DNA of 61,192 nt, filler included. It is 6 parts of 6 records of this genome, joined end to end, with 100 filler letters (N's around TTAATTAATTAA, not from the genome) between each part and the next. Parts side by side here need not be neighbours in the genome. Positions count along the whole stretch, not along the records: positions 38,055 to 46,966 come from SRR2962707_3207; positions 47,067 to 54,998 come from SRR2962707_3215; 4 more parts are not named here. One strand, 5' to 3'. The first letter of the stretch is position 1. The number at the start of each line of letters is the position of its first letter. Made by a program: the position numbers and the translations under genes. A model generated the notes under the pieces. The model was not told where the DNA came from, searched no databases, and saw only the letters and a list, made by a program, of their open reading frames with translations. This document shows positions 39,492 to 47,684 of this stretch, piece after piece.

Positions 39492-39818
39492 CTATCGGTC
39501 GAGCGTAACGTAAAGGCTACCGGCGCGGGCGCCCGAGCGGCAGTAACCGAGCACCGGCCCATCGACATTGGCCATCGCTTCATGGAAGCGAATAATCTGG
39601 CCTTCCGTCAACTGGCCCGAAACCGGCACCTGAAAGGCTTCGAGCCCTGCCGCGCGAGCGGCGGATTCGATCTGGGCGAAAGTGGGCTGACCGGGTTCTT
39701 CATTGTCGGGACGCGCGCACACAATGGCCCTAAACCCATTGTCCTTGAGCATGCCGATATCGTCGGGCGTGATCTGGCCAGCCGTTGAAAAGCGGTCGTC
39801 GATTTTCTTGATGTTCAT
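39492..39818 (-). CDS. DUF442/TIGR01244 family sulfur transferase
   Basis: RPDNEEPGQP and YCRSGAR active-site loop. Confidence 0.9.
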   Translation of the reverse strand: MNIKKIDDRFSTAGQITPDDIGMLKDNGFRAIVCARPDNEEPGQPTFAQIESAARAAGLEAFQVPVSGQLTEGQIIRFHEAMANVDGPVLGYCRSGARAGSLYVTLDR

Positions 39819-39824
39819 GGCAAA

Positions 39825-40268
39825 TTACCTTGAGGTCTGGAGGTTTCGTGACGTCAGAATCTGGCGGGCGCTGCGGGCCAGGATAATGCCGCCAACCATC
39901 GAGGCGACAAAAACGAAGGCGTCGGGTTCTCCCAGGCCGAGCGCCGGGATGGATCCGCCGGGGCAAAAGCCAGTGATCCCCCAACCGATGCCAAAGGTTG
40001 CCGAGCCAGCCACCAGCGGCAGGTCAATGTCTTTGGACGTTGGCAGGTGAAACGCCTTGTCAAAGACTGGCGCAGGGCGCTTGAGGACGAAAAAATACCC
40101 GAGGGCGGTAACGGCCAGCGCGCCGCCCATTACGAGCGCCAGCGACGGGTCCCAGGTGCCGGCGAAGTCAAAAAAATTGAGGACCTTGGCCGGATTGGCC
40201 ATGCCCGAGATGGCGATTCCTGCGCCAAAGATCAGGCCGATAAGCCCCGCGACAATTACTTTTTGCAT
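39825..40268 (-). CDS. YeeE/YedE family sulfur transporter (second subunit type)
   Basis: ISGMANPAKVLNFFD, WDPSL, FGIGWGITGFCPG; true start ATG 40268. Confidence 0.9.
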   Translation of the reverse strand: MQKVIVAGLIGLIFGAGIAISGMANPAKVLNFFDFAGTWDPSLALVMGGALAVTALGYFFVLKRPAPVFDKAFHLPTSKDIDLPLVAGSATFGIGWGITGFCPGGSIPALGLGEPDAFVFVASMVGGIILARSARQILTSRNLQTSR

Positions 40269-40696
40269 TACAGCCCTCCCAGCAGGTGGCGGATGACAAA
40301 GACTGTGGCGGCTGTGGAGGCCATGAAAACAAGCGTAGCGACGACCGAGCGTGGCGACAGGCGGGCGATGCCGCAGACGCCGTGTCCGGAGGTGCAGCCC
40401 GAGCCGAAGTAAACGCCGATACCGACGACGAGACCGCCGCCGATCAGCCACTGGACGGGGACAGGACTGTGGAAACCGACAACGTCACCGAAAACGGCAA
40501 CGATCAGCATCGGGGCGACAATTGCACCGGCCAGAAACGCGGCGCGCCACGCCCAATCGGTGTGAAGGGGTGGAATCACAGCGGTCAAAATGCCGGTCAT
40601 GCCCGCGATCCGGCCATGAAATGCCATGAGCAGGACAGCGGCCAGCCCGATCAGAGCTCCGCCGGACAGCGAAAGCAGGGGCGTAAATTCAGTCAT
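40268..40696 (-). CDS. YeeE/YedE family sulfur transporter
   Basis: GRIAGMTG, GSGCTSGHGVCGIARLSPRS. Confidence 0.92.
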   Translation of the reverse strand: MTEFTPLLSLSGGALIGLAAVLLMAFHGRIAGMTGILTAVIPPLHTDWAWRAAFLAGAIVAPMLIVAVFGDVVGFHSPVPVQWLIGGGLVVGIGVYFGSGCTSGHGVCGIARLSPRSVVATLVFMASTAATVFVIRHLLGGL

Positions 40697-40735
40697 TGAG
40701 CATACCTTGATAGCTTGGAAGCAGAAGGAGGGAGA

Positions 40736-41074
40736 TCACTGCGCGCCGGGACCGCAGAACAACTCATACATCGTTGAAACGATGGCTTTCGCCTTGGGGT
40801 CGGACAGCCTGTAAAATACGGCCTTTCCATCCTTGCGGCCTTCGATCATTCCGGCGCTACGCAGTTCGGCCAGTTGTTGGGACAGGCCGGGCTGACGAAT
40901 ATCGAGAAGGTCTTCAAGCTCGCGCACGCTGCGCTCGCCCTCGACCAACGCGCAAACAACGAGCAGACGATCGCGATTGGCGAGTTTCTTGAGAAACGCC
41001 GTTGCTTCATCGACCCTGCCCTTGATGACCCGGGTCTTGGCTGCGAGCTCATGTGTCCCGGTTTCGATCACCAC
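40736..41074 (-). CDS. bigR: ArsR family persulfide-sensing repressor (BigR/SqrR-like)
   Basis: Two conserved Cys (RLLVVCAL, YELFC); LSQQLAELR helix. Confidence 0.85.
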   Translation of the reverse strand: MVIETGTHELAAKTRVIKGRVDEATAFLKKLANRDRLLVVCALVEGERSVRELEDLLDIRQPGLSQQLAELRSAGMIEGRKDGKAVFYRLSDPKAKAIVSTMYELFCGPGAQ

Positions 41075-41946
41075 GATGCACCTCCGAGCGCATCGAGCGG
41101 TATCTTGAGATAGCGTTTCCCGTTGGACTCGGGCTCAGGCAGCCGGCCGCCATTGGTGTTGATCTGCAAGGCGTGAAGGATCAACTTGGGCATGGGGAGC
41201 GTCTTGTCCCGCGCGTCCCGCACGGCCTTGAAGGCATCCTTCGACTTGTATTTCGACATATGGATGTTGGTCGCCTTCTGCTCGGCCACCGTCGACTCCC
41301 ATCGCGGTTCGCGTCCGCCCGGCTGATAATCGTGACCGGTGAAAATGCGGGTCTCGTCGGGCAGCGCCAGAATGGCCTGGATCGAGTTCCAGAGCACTTC
41401 GGAACTTCCGCCGGGAAAGTCGGCGCGGGCCGTGCCGCTGTCGGGCATGAACAACGTATCGTGGACAAAGGCAGCATCGCCGATCACGTAGGTTATCGAA
41501 GCCAGCGTATGTCCAGGAGAGAACATGACCCTGGCTGGAATGTTGCCGACCATGAACTCTTCGCCATCGGCAAACAGCCGGTCCCACTGGCTACCGTCGG
41601 CACGGAAATCAGGCCAGTTATAGATGCCCTTCCAGAGCTTCTGGACCTCTGTGACCTTTTCGCCGATTGCAGTGCGCGCGCCGGTCTTGCCCTTGAGGTA
41701 TTGAGCCGCTGAAAAGTGATCGGCATGAGGATGAGTGTCGAGAATCCACTCGAGGTCGTATCCCCGGTCCTTGATGAAGGCGAGCAGCCTGTCGGCCTGC
41801 ACGGTGGCCGTGCTGCCCGACTTTTCGTCGTAGTCGAGCACTGGATCCACGATCGCGCATTTTTTGGTTTCCGGGTCGGCGACCACGTATTGAATCGAAA
41901 ATGTGCGCGGTTCGAAAAATCCGGTAACTTCGGGTTTTGAAGGCAT
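41068..41946 (-). CDS. MBL-fold persulfide dioxygenase (Blh/ETHE1-like)
   Basis: THPHADH, PGHT, GTARADFPGG, GHDY. Confidence 0.88.
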   Translation of the reverse strand: MPSKPEVTGFFEPRTFSIQYVVADPETKKCAIVDPVLDYDEKSGSTATVQADRLLAFIKDRGYDLEWILDTHPHADHFSAAQYLKGKTGARTAIGEKVTEVQKLWKGIYNWPDFRADGSQWDRLFADGEEFMVGNIPARVMFSPGHTLASITYVIGDAAFVHDTLFMPDSGTARADFPGGSSEVLWNSIQAILALPDETRIFTGHDYQPGGREPRWESTVAEQKATNIHMSKYKSKDAFKAVRDARDKTLPMPKLILHALQINTNGGRLPEPESNGKRYLKIPLDALGGASW

Positions 41947-42059
41947 AGGTGGTTCCTGAACGAACGATGGTAGCTTGATCGCTTAGGTAACAATGCTTGC
42001 ATTTTTTTGCAATAATAATTTTGAAATTTTTGTATCGCTGCGCAGATACCGCGCAAATG

Positions 42060-43934
42060 CTACTCTGCGGCAGCGGCCATAACGCGGTTTCGTCCGGCGG
42101 CCTTGGCGGAATAGAGCGCGCCATCGGCACGGCGGACGAGGCTTTCGGGTGTCGTTGGGGCCTTGGTCAGATCGTACTCGGCCACGCCGAGGCTCGCGGT
42201 GACTTCACTTCCCAAATCATAGGCACTCGCCGCGGCGATGGAGGTCCGAATGCGCTCGGCTACCGCCTCGGCGCCGGCCAGGCCGGTATCGGGCAGGATG
42301 ACAGCGAACTCCTCGCCGCCATAGCGCGCGGCCAGATCGGCCGGCCGGAGCAAGCTGGTTTTAATGGCGTTTGCCACCATGACCAGACAGCGATCCCCGG
42401 CCTGGTGGCCATGGAAGTCGTTATAGTGCTTGAAACGGTCCACATCGAGCAGGATCAGGCTCAGGGGCGTGCCGGCACGCCCACAGCGGGCCATGTCGCG
42501 CTCCAGAGCTTCATCAAACACGCGCCGATTGGCGAGTCCGGTCAGGGCGTCGGTGGACGCCTTCCGGGAAAGGTCGGCATTGGCTTCGATCAGGGCGAGT
42601 TCGGCGAGCTTGAGATCGGTGACGTCTGTGACGATGACCAGGGCGGAATCATTGCTGGCCAGTTGGTTGCGCAACTGGAGGTAGCTGCCGTTGAACAGTT
42701 CCAAGGTGACCACGTTGGGCACCCGCAGCAGGCTGCCGACCCGTTCTGCCCACCCTTCGACGTCGTCTTCCGGAATGCCGAGTTGTTCGCCCGTGCGCGC
42801 GCATTCGAGCAGGATTTCATTGATGTGCGCTCCGGGCACGCGCGTATGTGCCGATCGCGGAAACGCATCCCGGTACTGGTCGTTGCAAAAGACCAGATAG
42901 CCGTTGCGATCAAACAACGCGAGGCCGTCGCTCATTTCAGACATGGCAAGCGAGAGCCTGTCGCGGCTTTCGATGAGTTCGCGTTCGAGTTGCTTGACTG
43001 CGGTGGTATCGACGGTCATGCCCGCCAGACCGACGATCCTCCCGTCCTTACCGGTAAGAGGAACTTTCGACGTTCGGTACCAGCGATGCTGTCCGGATTT
43101 ATCGACAACGTCCTCCTCAAGGTCCAGAACGGCGGTTCTGCTCTCCATGATCCTGCGTTCTTGCTCATGGAGCTGCTGGGCCCGGGCCAGATCGGTGAGA
43201 TCGAAATCGGACATCCCTATCATTTCGGTGGGATCGGAATATCCGTGGTGATGGGCCACCGCCTCATTGACCGTCAGGAACCGGCCGTTGGCGTCCTTGA
43301 CGTAAAGAAATTCAGGAGCCTGGGCGAGGGCTGCACGCAGGATGGACCGGTCTCTGCCCGCCTGACGGGCGGCAAGTATGGTCAGCCCCATCATCAGCGT
43401 CGCCAACAGGCTCAAAACCGTGCCAGGCACGATCAGCTCACGAGCGTCCTCAAGACTGACAACGCGGGTAAGGAGGAACACCATCGCCAGCAACAGCAGG
43501 GCCATGGCAGTGGCGAGGACAAAAACCCAGAATGGATTTGGCAACGGAGACCGGGCTGCCGCCCGGACCCCCAGCCCGACAAGGGCCGCCATTGCCAGAT
43601 GGAAAACGCCCAGGCCGGCGCCGCTTCCACCTTCGAGCACCCGATATGTCCCCGCCATGACGATCGCAACGGCAGCCACCAGCGGACCGCTGAAGAAGGC
43701 CCCGACCGCCACGACACATGTTCTGAGATCATAAACCACGCCCGGAACGATCTCGACGGTAAGGAGCATCGTGGAAACAGCCGCGCTGCCAACCAGAACG
43801 CCTATGCAAAGTTTGCGGACAATCCAACGCTGCTTGTCCAGCCAATCCGACGCCAGGGACCAAATGGAGGAAAACAGGGCCACAACAGCCAGGTTGGCAA
43901 TGAGGGGTTGCCAGATTTCGGACACGCTACGCAC
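42060..43934 (-). CDS. Membrane-anchored PAS-PAS diguanylate cyclase
   Basis: N-terminal TM block, two PAS-like domains, DVDRFK, RPAD I-site, GGEEF. Confidence 0.92.
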   Translation of the reverse strand: MRSVSEIWQPLIANLAVVALFSSIWSLASDWLDKQRWIVRKLCIGVLVGSAAVSTMLLTVEIVPGVVYDLRTCVVAVGAFFSGPLVAAVAIVMAGTYRVLEGGSGAGLGVFHLAMAALVGLGVRAAARSPLPNPFWVFVLATAMALLLLAMVFLLTRVVSLEDARELIVPGTVLSLLATLMMGLTILAARQAGRDRSILRAALAQAPEFLYVKDANGRFLTVNEAVAHHHGYSDPTEMIGMSDFDLTDLARAQQLHEQERRIMESRTAVLDLEEDVVDKSGQHRWYRTSKVPLTGKDGRIVGLAGMTVDTTAVKQLERELIESRDRLSLAMSEMSDGLALFDRNGYLVFCNDQYRDAFPRSAHTRVPGAHINEILLECARTGEQLGIPEDDVEGWAERVGSLLRVPNVVTLELFNGSYLQLRNQLASNDSALVIVTDVTDLKLAELALIEANADLSRKASTDALTGLANRRVFDEALERDMARCGRAGTPLSLILLDVDRFKHYNDFHGHQAGDRCLVMVANAIKTSLLRPADLAARYGGEEFAVILPDTGLAGAEAVAERIRTSIAAASAYDLGSEVTASLGVAEYDLTKAPTTPESLVRRADGALYSAKAAGRNRVMAAAAE

Positions 43935-44115
43935 TAACCTCTTTAGTCGTTGTCTGAGCCCCCAGGGTGATTATGCCTTACCCCGTTCATCGTGCAAGCC
44001 GGGTTATGCAATTCGTTAGAATGCCGATTTTCACTGGGCGGCAAAGCCGAATTTCGCTAGGTCTGCGCTGGTATGCCTGTTTACGCGTCCACTTCAATTG
44101 CCGGCCGGAGGCCGC

Positions 44116-44838
44116 ATGTTGCCCAAATTTTTTCAGCAGCACCTTTCGCCTACCCGGCTCCGGCAGATACGCGATTTCCTGTTCGCCGAGCAGACGGTTT
44201 TGCTTGGCATCGGACTGGTCGCGGCGCTTGTGTTTGCCTTTATGGAAATCGCCGATGAGGTCAGCGCGGGCGAAACTCACGAGATCGACATAGCGATACT
44301 TGAGATGTTCAGGGCACCGGGCGATCCCAGCCAGATGATCGGACCGTTCTGGTTTCAGGAAGCAGTTCGCGACGTAACAGCGCTGGGAAGCTTTTCGGTT
44401 CTGACGCTGATGGTTTCGAGTGTCGCGATCTACCTGTTGCTTGCCCGCCGTGCGGGCGCCGCAGTCCTGGTGGCGGGCGCTGTCATAAGCGGATCTCTGC
44501 TTACCGATCTTCTAAAGACATTCTTTGACCGCCCCCGCCCGGAATTTTCCGCGGTGGCCCAGGAGTTGTCAGCGAGCTTTCCCAGCGGGCACTCCATGAT
44601 TTCAGCGGTAACTTATCTCACGCTCGGTGCCTTGCTGGCCCGACTTACGGATCGGCGGCGGGAAAAAGTGTTCTTTTTTGGCGTGGCCATCGTCCTGACG
44701 GCACTGGTCGGCGTCTCACGTGTGTTGCTGGGCGTCCATTACCCCAGTGATGTCGTCGCTGGCTGGGCGCTGGGCGCGGCGTGGGCACTCGCAGCCGCCA
44801 CACTGGCCTCTGTGCTCCGCCGGCGCGGGGCGATCTAG
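44116..44838 (+). CDS. PAP2 family phosphatase
   Basis: KxxxxRPRP, SFPSGH, SRVLLGVHYPSDV; ATG after GGAGG. Confidence 0.92.
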   Translation: MLPKFFQQHLSPTRLRQIRDFLFAEQTVLLGIGLVAALVFAFMEIADEVSAGETHEIDIAILEMFRAPGDPSQMIGPFWFQEAVRDVTALGSFSVLTLMVSSVAIYLLLARRAGAAVLVAGAVISGSLLTDLLKTFFDRPRPEFSAVAQELSASFPSGHSMISAVTYLTLGALLARLTDRRREKVFFFGVAIVLTALVGVSRVLLGVHYPSDVVAGWALGAAWALAAATLASVLRRRGAI

Positions 44839-44986
44839 GGCCGGCAACTGGCGGCGCCCCGCTACCCAGTAATACGGGCAAAAGTACGGTTTTGACGAAT
44901 CCGGTACGGGGACCGCTTGCAGTTTGCCCCAGCGCGAACTAGCGGTACTATCGATAAAAACAAACCTTCCGTGGGAGGAGGAGCGA

Positions 44987-45556
44987 ATGCGCGCGCTCGC
45001 CTTAGCGGTTCAGGCCATAGGTGGCTTGAACCGGCTGATCGGCAATATCTTTTCGTGGCTGACGGTTGGCGTTGTCGCCGTCTGTTTTGCCGTTGTTGTC
45101 CAGCGATACGTTTTCCATACGACTTTTCTATGGATGCAGGACCTCTACATCTGGCTGAGCGGTGCAATGTTTACCGCCATCGCCGGATACGCCCTGTTCC
45201 GGGACGATCACGTCCGCGTCGACATTTTCTACCGGCCCGCTTCGACAAAGCGCAAGGCGATCGCCGATATCATCGGGGTCGTTATCTTCCTCCTTCCCTT
45301 CATGTTTGTCGTCTGGACATGGGGGCTGCCCTATGTGCAGCGCGCCTGGAGCTTTTACGAGGCATCGCAGAACATCGGCGGCATGCCCGGCCTGTTCGTG
45401 CTCAAGAGTTTCATTCTGGTGTTTGCGGTTCTGCTCGCTCTTCAGGGCATTGCGATGATCGCCCGCGCCATACTGGTCCTCAACGACAAAGAAGAACTCC
45501 TGCCCGAGATGTATCGCTACAAGGTGGAGAGTGAAGAGGAGACGCCCGTTGTCTAG
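44987..45556 (+). CDS. dctQ: TRAP transporter small permease
   Basis: Four TM helices, HVRVDIFY; ATG after GGAGGAG. Confidence 0.9.
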   Translation: MRALALAVQAIGGLNRLIGNIFSWLTVGVVAVCFAVVVQRYVFHTTFLWMQDLYIWLSGAMFTAIAGYALFRDDHVRVDIFYRPASTKRKAIADIIGVVIFLLPFMFVVWTWGLPYVQRAWSFYEASQNIGGMPGLFVLKSFILVFAVLLALQGIAMIARAILVLNDKEELLPEMYRYKVESEEETPVV

Positions 45557-46937
45557 CATTTTCTTAGGCGAAATTCTCTCGGGCCTCCTGTTTGTCGGCG
45601 TTATCGGCGCGCTGCTCCTGGGCTTTCCGGTTGCCTTCACACTGGCTGGCACCTCGCTGATTTTCGGCACCGTTGGCTATTTCCTGGGCGTTTTCGATTT
45701 TTCGAACCTTGGCAACCTCATGGGCCGGTACATCGGCTACATGACCAACGAGGTTCTGGTTGCGGTCCCGCTTTTCATCTTCATGGGGGTGATGCTCGAA
45801 AAGTCCAAGATCGCCGAACAACTGCTCCTGACCATGGGGAAACTGTTCGGCCGGTTGCGGGGCGGGTTGGGTATTTCGGTGATCGTCGTGGGAGCGCTGC
45901 TCGCTGCCTCGACCGGCGTCGTCGGTGCGACAGTCGTCACCATGGGCCTCATCTCGCTGCCTGCAATGCTGCGCGCCAAGTACGATCCAGGCCTCGCCTC
46001 CGGTGTGATCTGCGCATCGGGAACGTTGGGGCAGATCATTCCGCCCTCGACCGTCCTGATCTTCATGGGGGACATGCTCTCCTCGATCAACGCGCAGGTG
46101 CAAATGGCTCAGGGCAATTTCGCCCCTACGCCGGTGACTGTGGGCGATCTTTTCGCCGGCGCATTCATTCCGGGGCTGCTGCTGGTCGGGCTCTATATCT
46201 GCTACATGATCTACAAGGCGATCACCCAGCCCGAAAGCTGCCCGGCAACGCCTATGACCGAGGAAGAGCGCAAGGGCATCGTCAAAGACGTCGCGGTTGC
46301 GCTGCTCCCGCCACTCGTTCTGATCCTTCTGGTGCTCGGCTCAATCCTCACGGGTATAGCGACACCGACGGAAGCAGGCTCGGTGGGCGCGGTCGGCGCG
46401 ACGATCCTGGCCGCGCTGCGCTGGAGGCTTTCCTTCAAGGTTCTCCGTGATGCCGCGATGACCACGGCGACCATCACATCGATGATCTTTGTCATCCTGT
46501 TTGGCGCCTCGGTTTTCTCCATCGTGTTCCGCGTGATGGGCGGCGACAATCTGGTGCACGAGTTCCTGACCGGCCTGCCGGGCGGGGCAATCGGCGCCAT
46601 GATCGTTGTCATGCTCATCATGTTCGTGCTGGGGTTCATTCTCGACACGTTCGAGATCATCTTCATCATCATCCCGATCACCGCGCCCATTCTTCTGGCG
46701 CTCGGCGTCGATCCGATCTGGCTTGGCGTAATGGTTGGTGTGAACCTGCAAACGAGCTTTATGACGCCGCCATTCGGCTTCTCGCTCTTCTACTTGCGAG
46801 GGGTGGCGCCAAGCAGGGTGACGACCGGGATGATCTATCGCGGGGCGATCCCATTCGTCGGGATCCAGATCGTGGCGATAGCGCTGCTGTTCCTGTTCCC
46901 GCAGCTTATCACCTGGCTGCCCTCGCTGAGCAACTAG
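45549..46937 (+). CDS. dctM: TRAP transporter large permease
   Basis: SGTLGQIIPPS, GIATPTE, NLQTSFMTPPFG; probable TTG start after GAGGAG. Confidence 0.92.
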   Translation: MSSIFLGEILSGLLFVGVIGALLLGFPVAFTLAGTSLIFGTVGYFLGVFDFSNLGNLMGRYIGYMTNEVLVAVPLFIFMGVMLEKSKIAEQLLLTMGKLFGRLRGGLGISVIVVGALLAASTGVVGATVVTMGLISLPAMLRAKYDPGLASGVICASGTLGQIIPPSTVLIFMGDMLSSINAQVQMAQGNFAPTPVTVGDLFAGAFIPGLLLVGLYICYMIYKAITQPESCPATPMTEEERKGIVKDVAVALLPPLVLILLVLGSILTGIATPTEAGSVGAVGATILAALRWRLSFKVLRDAAMTTATITSMIFVILFGASVFSIVFRVMGGDNLVHEFLTGLPGGAIGAMIVVMLIMFVLGFILDTFEIIFIIIPITAPILLALGVDPIWLGVMVGVNLQTSFMTPPFGFSLFYLRGVAPSRVTTGMIYRGAIPFVGIQIVAIALLFLFPQLITWLPSLSN

Positions 46938-46966
46938 AGTGCTTCCAGGATAAGTGGGCACCACTT
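46934..46966. repeat. Start of a Hyphomicrobiales palindromic intergenic repeat (RIME/BRU-RS-like), truncated
   Basis: CTAGAGTGCTTCCAGGATAAGTGG overlaps the dctM stop; the contig ends inside it. Confidence 0.5.
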
Positions 46967-47066
46967 NNNNNNNNNNNNNNNNNNNNNNNNNNNNNNNNNN
47001 NNNNNNNNNNTTAATTAATTAANNNNNNNNNNNNNNNNNNNNNNNNNNNNNNNNNNNNNNNNNNNN
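46967..47066. other. Artificial contig linker
   Basis: N44-TTAATTAATTAA-N44. Confidence 0.99.
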
Positions 47067-47118
47067 TGGGTGAGTGAGTGAGTGGGTGAGTGAGAAGTGG
47101 GTGAGCCAGGTGAGTGGT
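47067..47118. repeat. (GTGA/GTGG)n microsatellite at eukaryotic contig edge
   Basis: tgggtgagtgagtgagtgggtgagtgag... Confidence 0.85.
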
Positions 47119-47684
47119 TTGTCCACGCTTTAGTTAAAATTGTTTAAAGTACCATTGTAAGGGCTTTAAAGACCTATAAATGTGAACATTTTACGTAATG
47201 TTACACGCCATTGTGGGCGAAAAAGCGGTGAACAACTCTGCAGGGTGCCGGTGAGCCAACGTGCGATTTTGCAATTTTTTTGCAATGTTTGTCGATTTTG
47301 TTTTTTTCCCGGGGGGCGGGGGGTCGGTCGTTGTTGCATTATGAAAAACTGCGCACGAGTTGCAATTAATTTATTTACGCGGTGTTCGTGTGTGCATTGT
47401 CGCCGGTCGGTGGCGGGGTCGTTTCCTTTGGCGCCATTTATTATTATGCACGCGGTTGGTTGACATGTGAGTTTGCAGAATCGAATGCAACGCACTGACG
47501 AGGTGGAGGTGGTTGTTCGGCTCAGTTTCAAAACAACCCCCACGCGTGTCTGCAAACATTCGCTGTTTTTGGTTGTTTTGGCTTCCGCATTGCCTCACCG
47601 ACGCTCGACAACGAAGACACGATATAGTACATAATTTATTACATGAGAACGCACGAGCAATAGCTCAACTCTGGATGCGAACGC

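Noticed and set aside
41068..41946. Metallo-beta-lactamase resistance gene
   Set aside because: No signal peptide; motifs and operon indicate a persulfide dioxygenase.
41997..43937. 646-aa plus-strand ORF
   Set aside because: Antisense shadow of the diguanylate cyclase.
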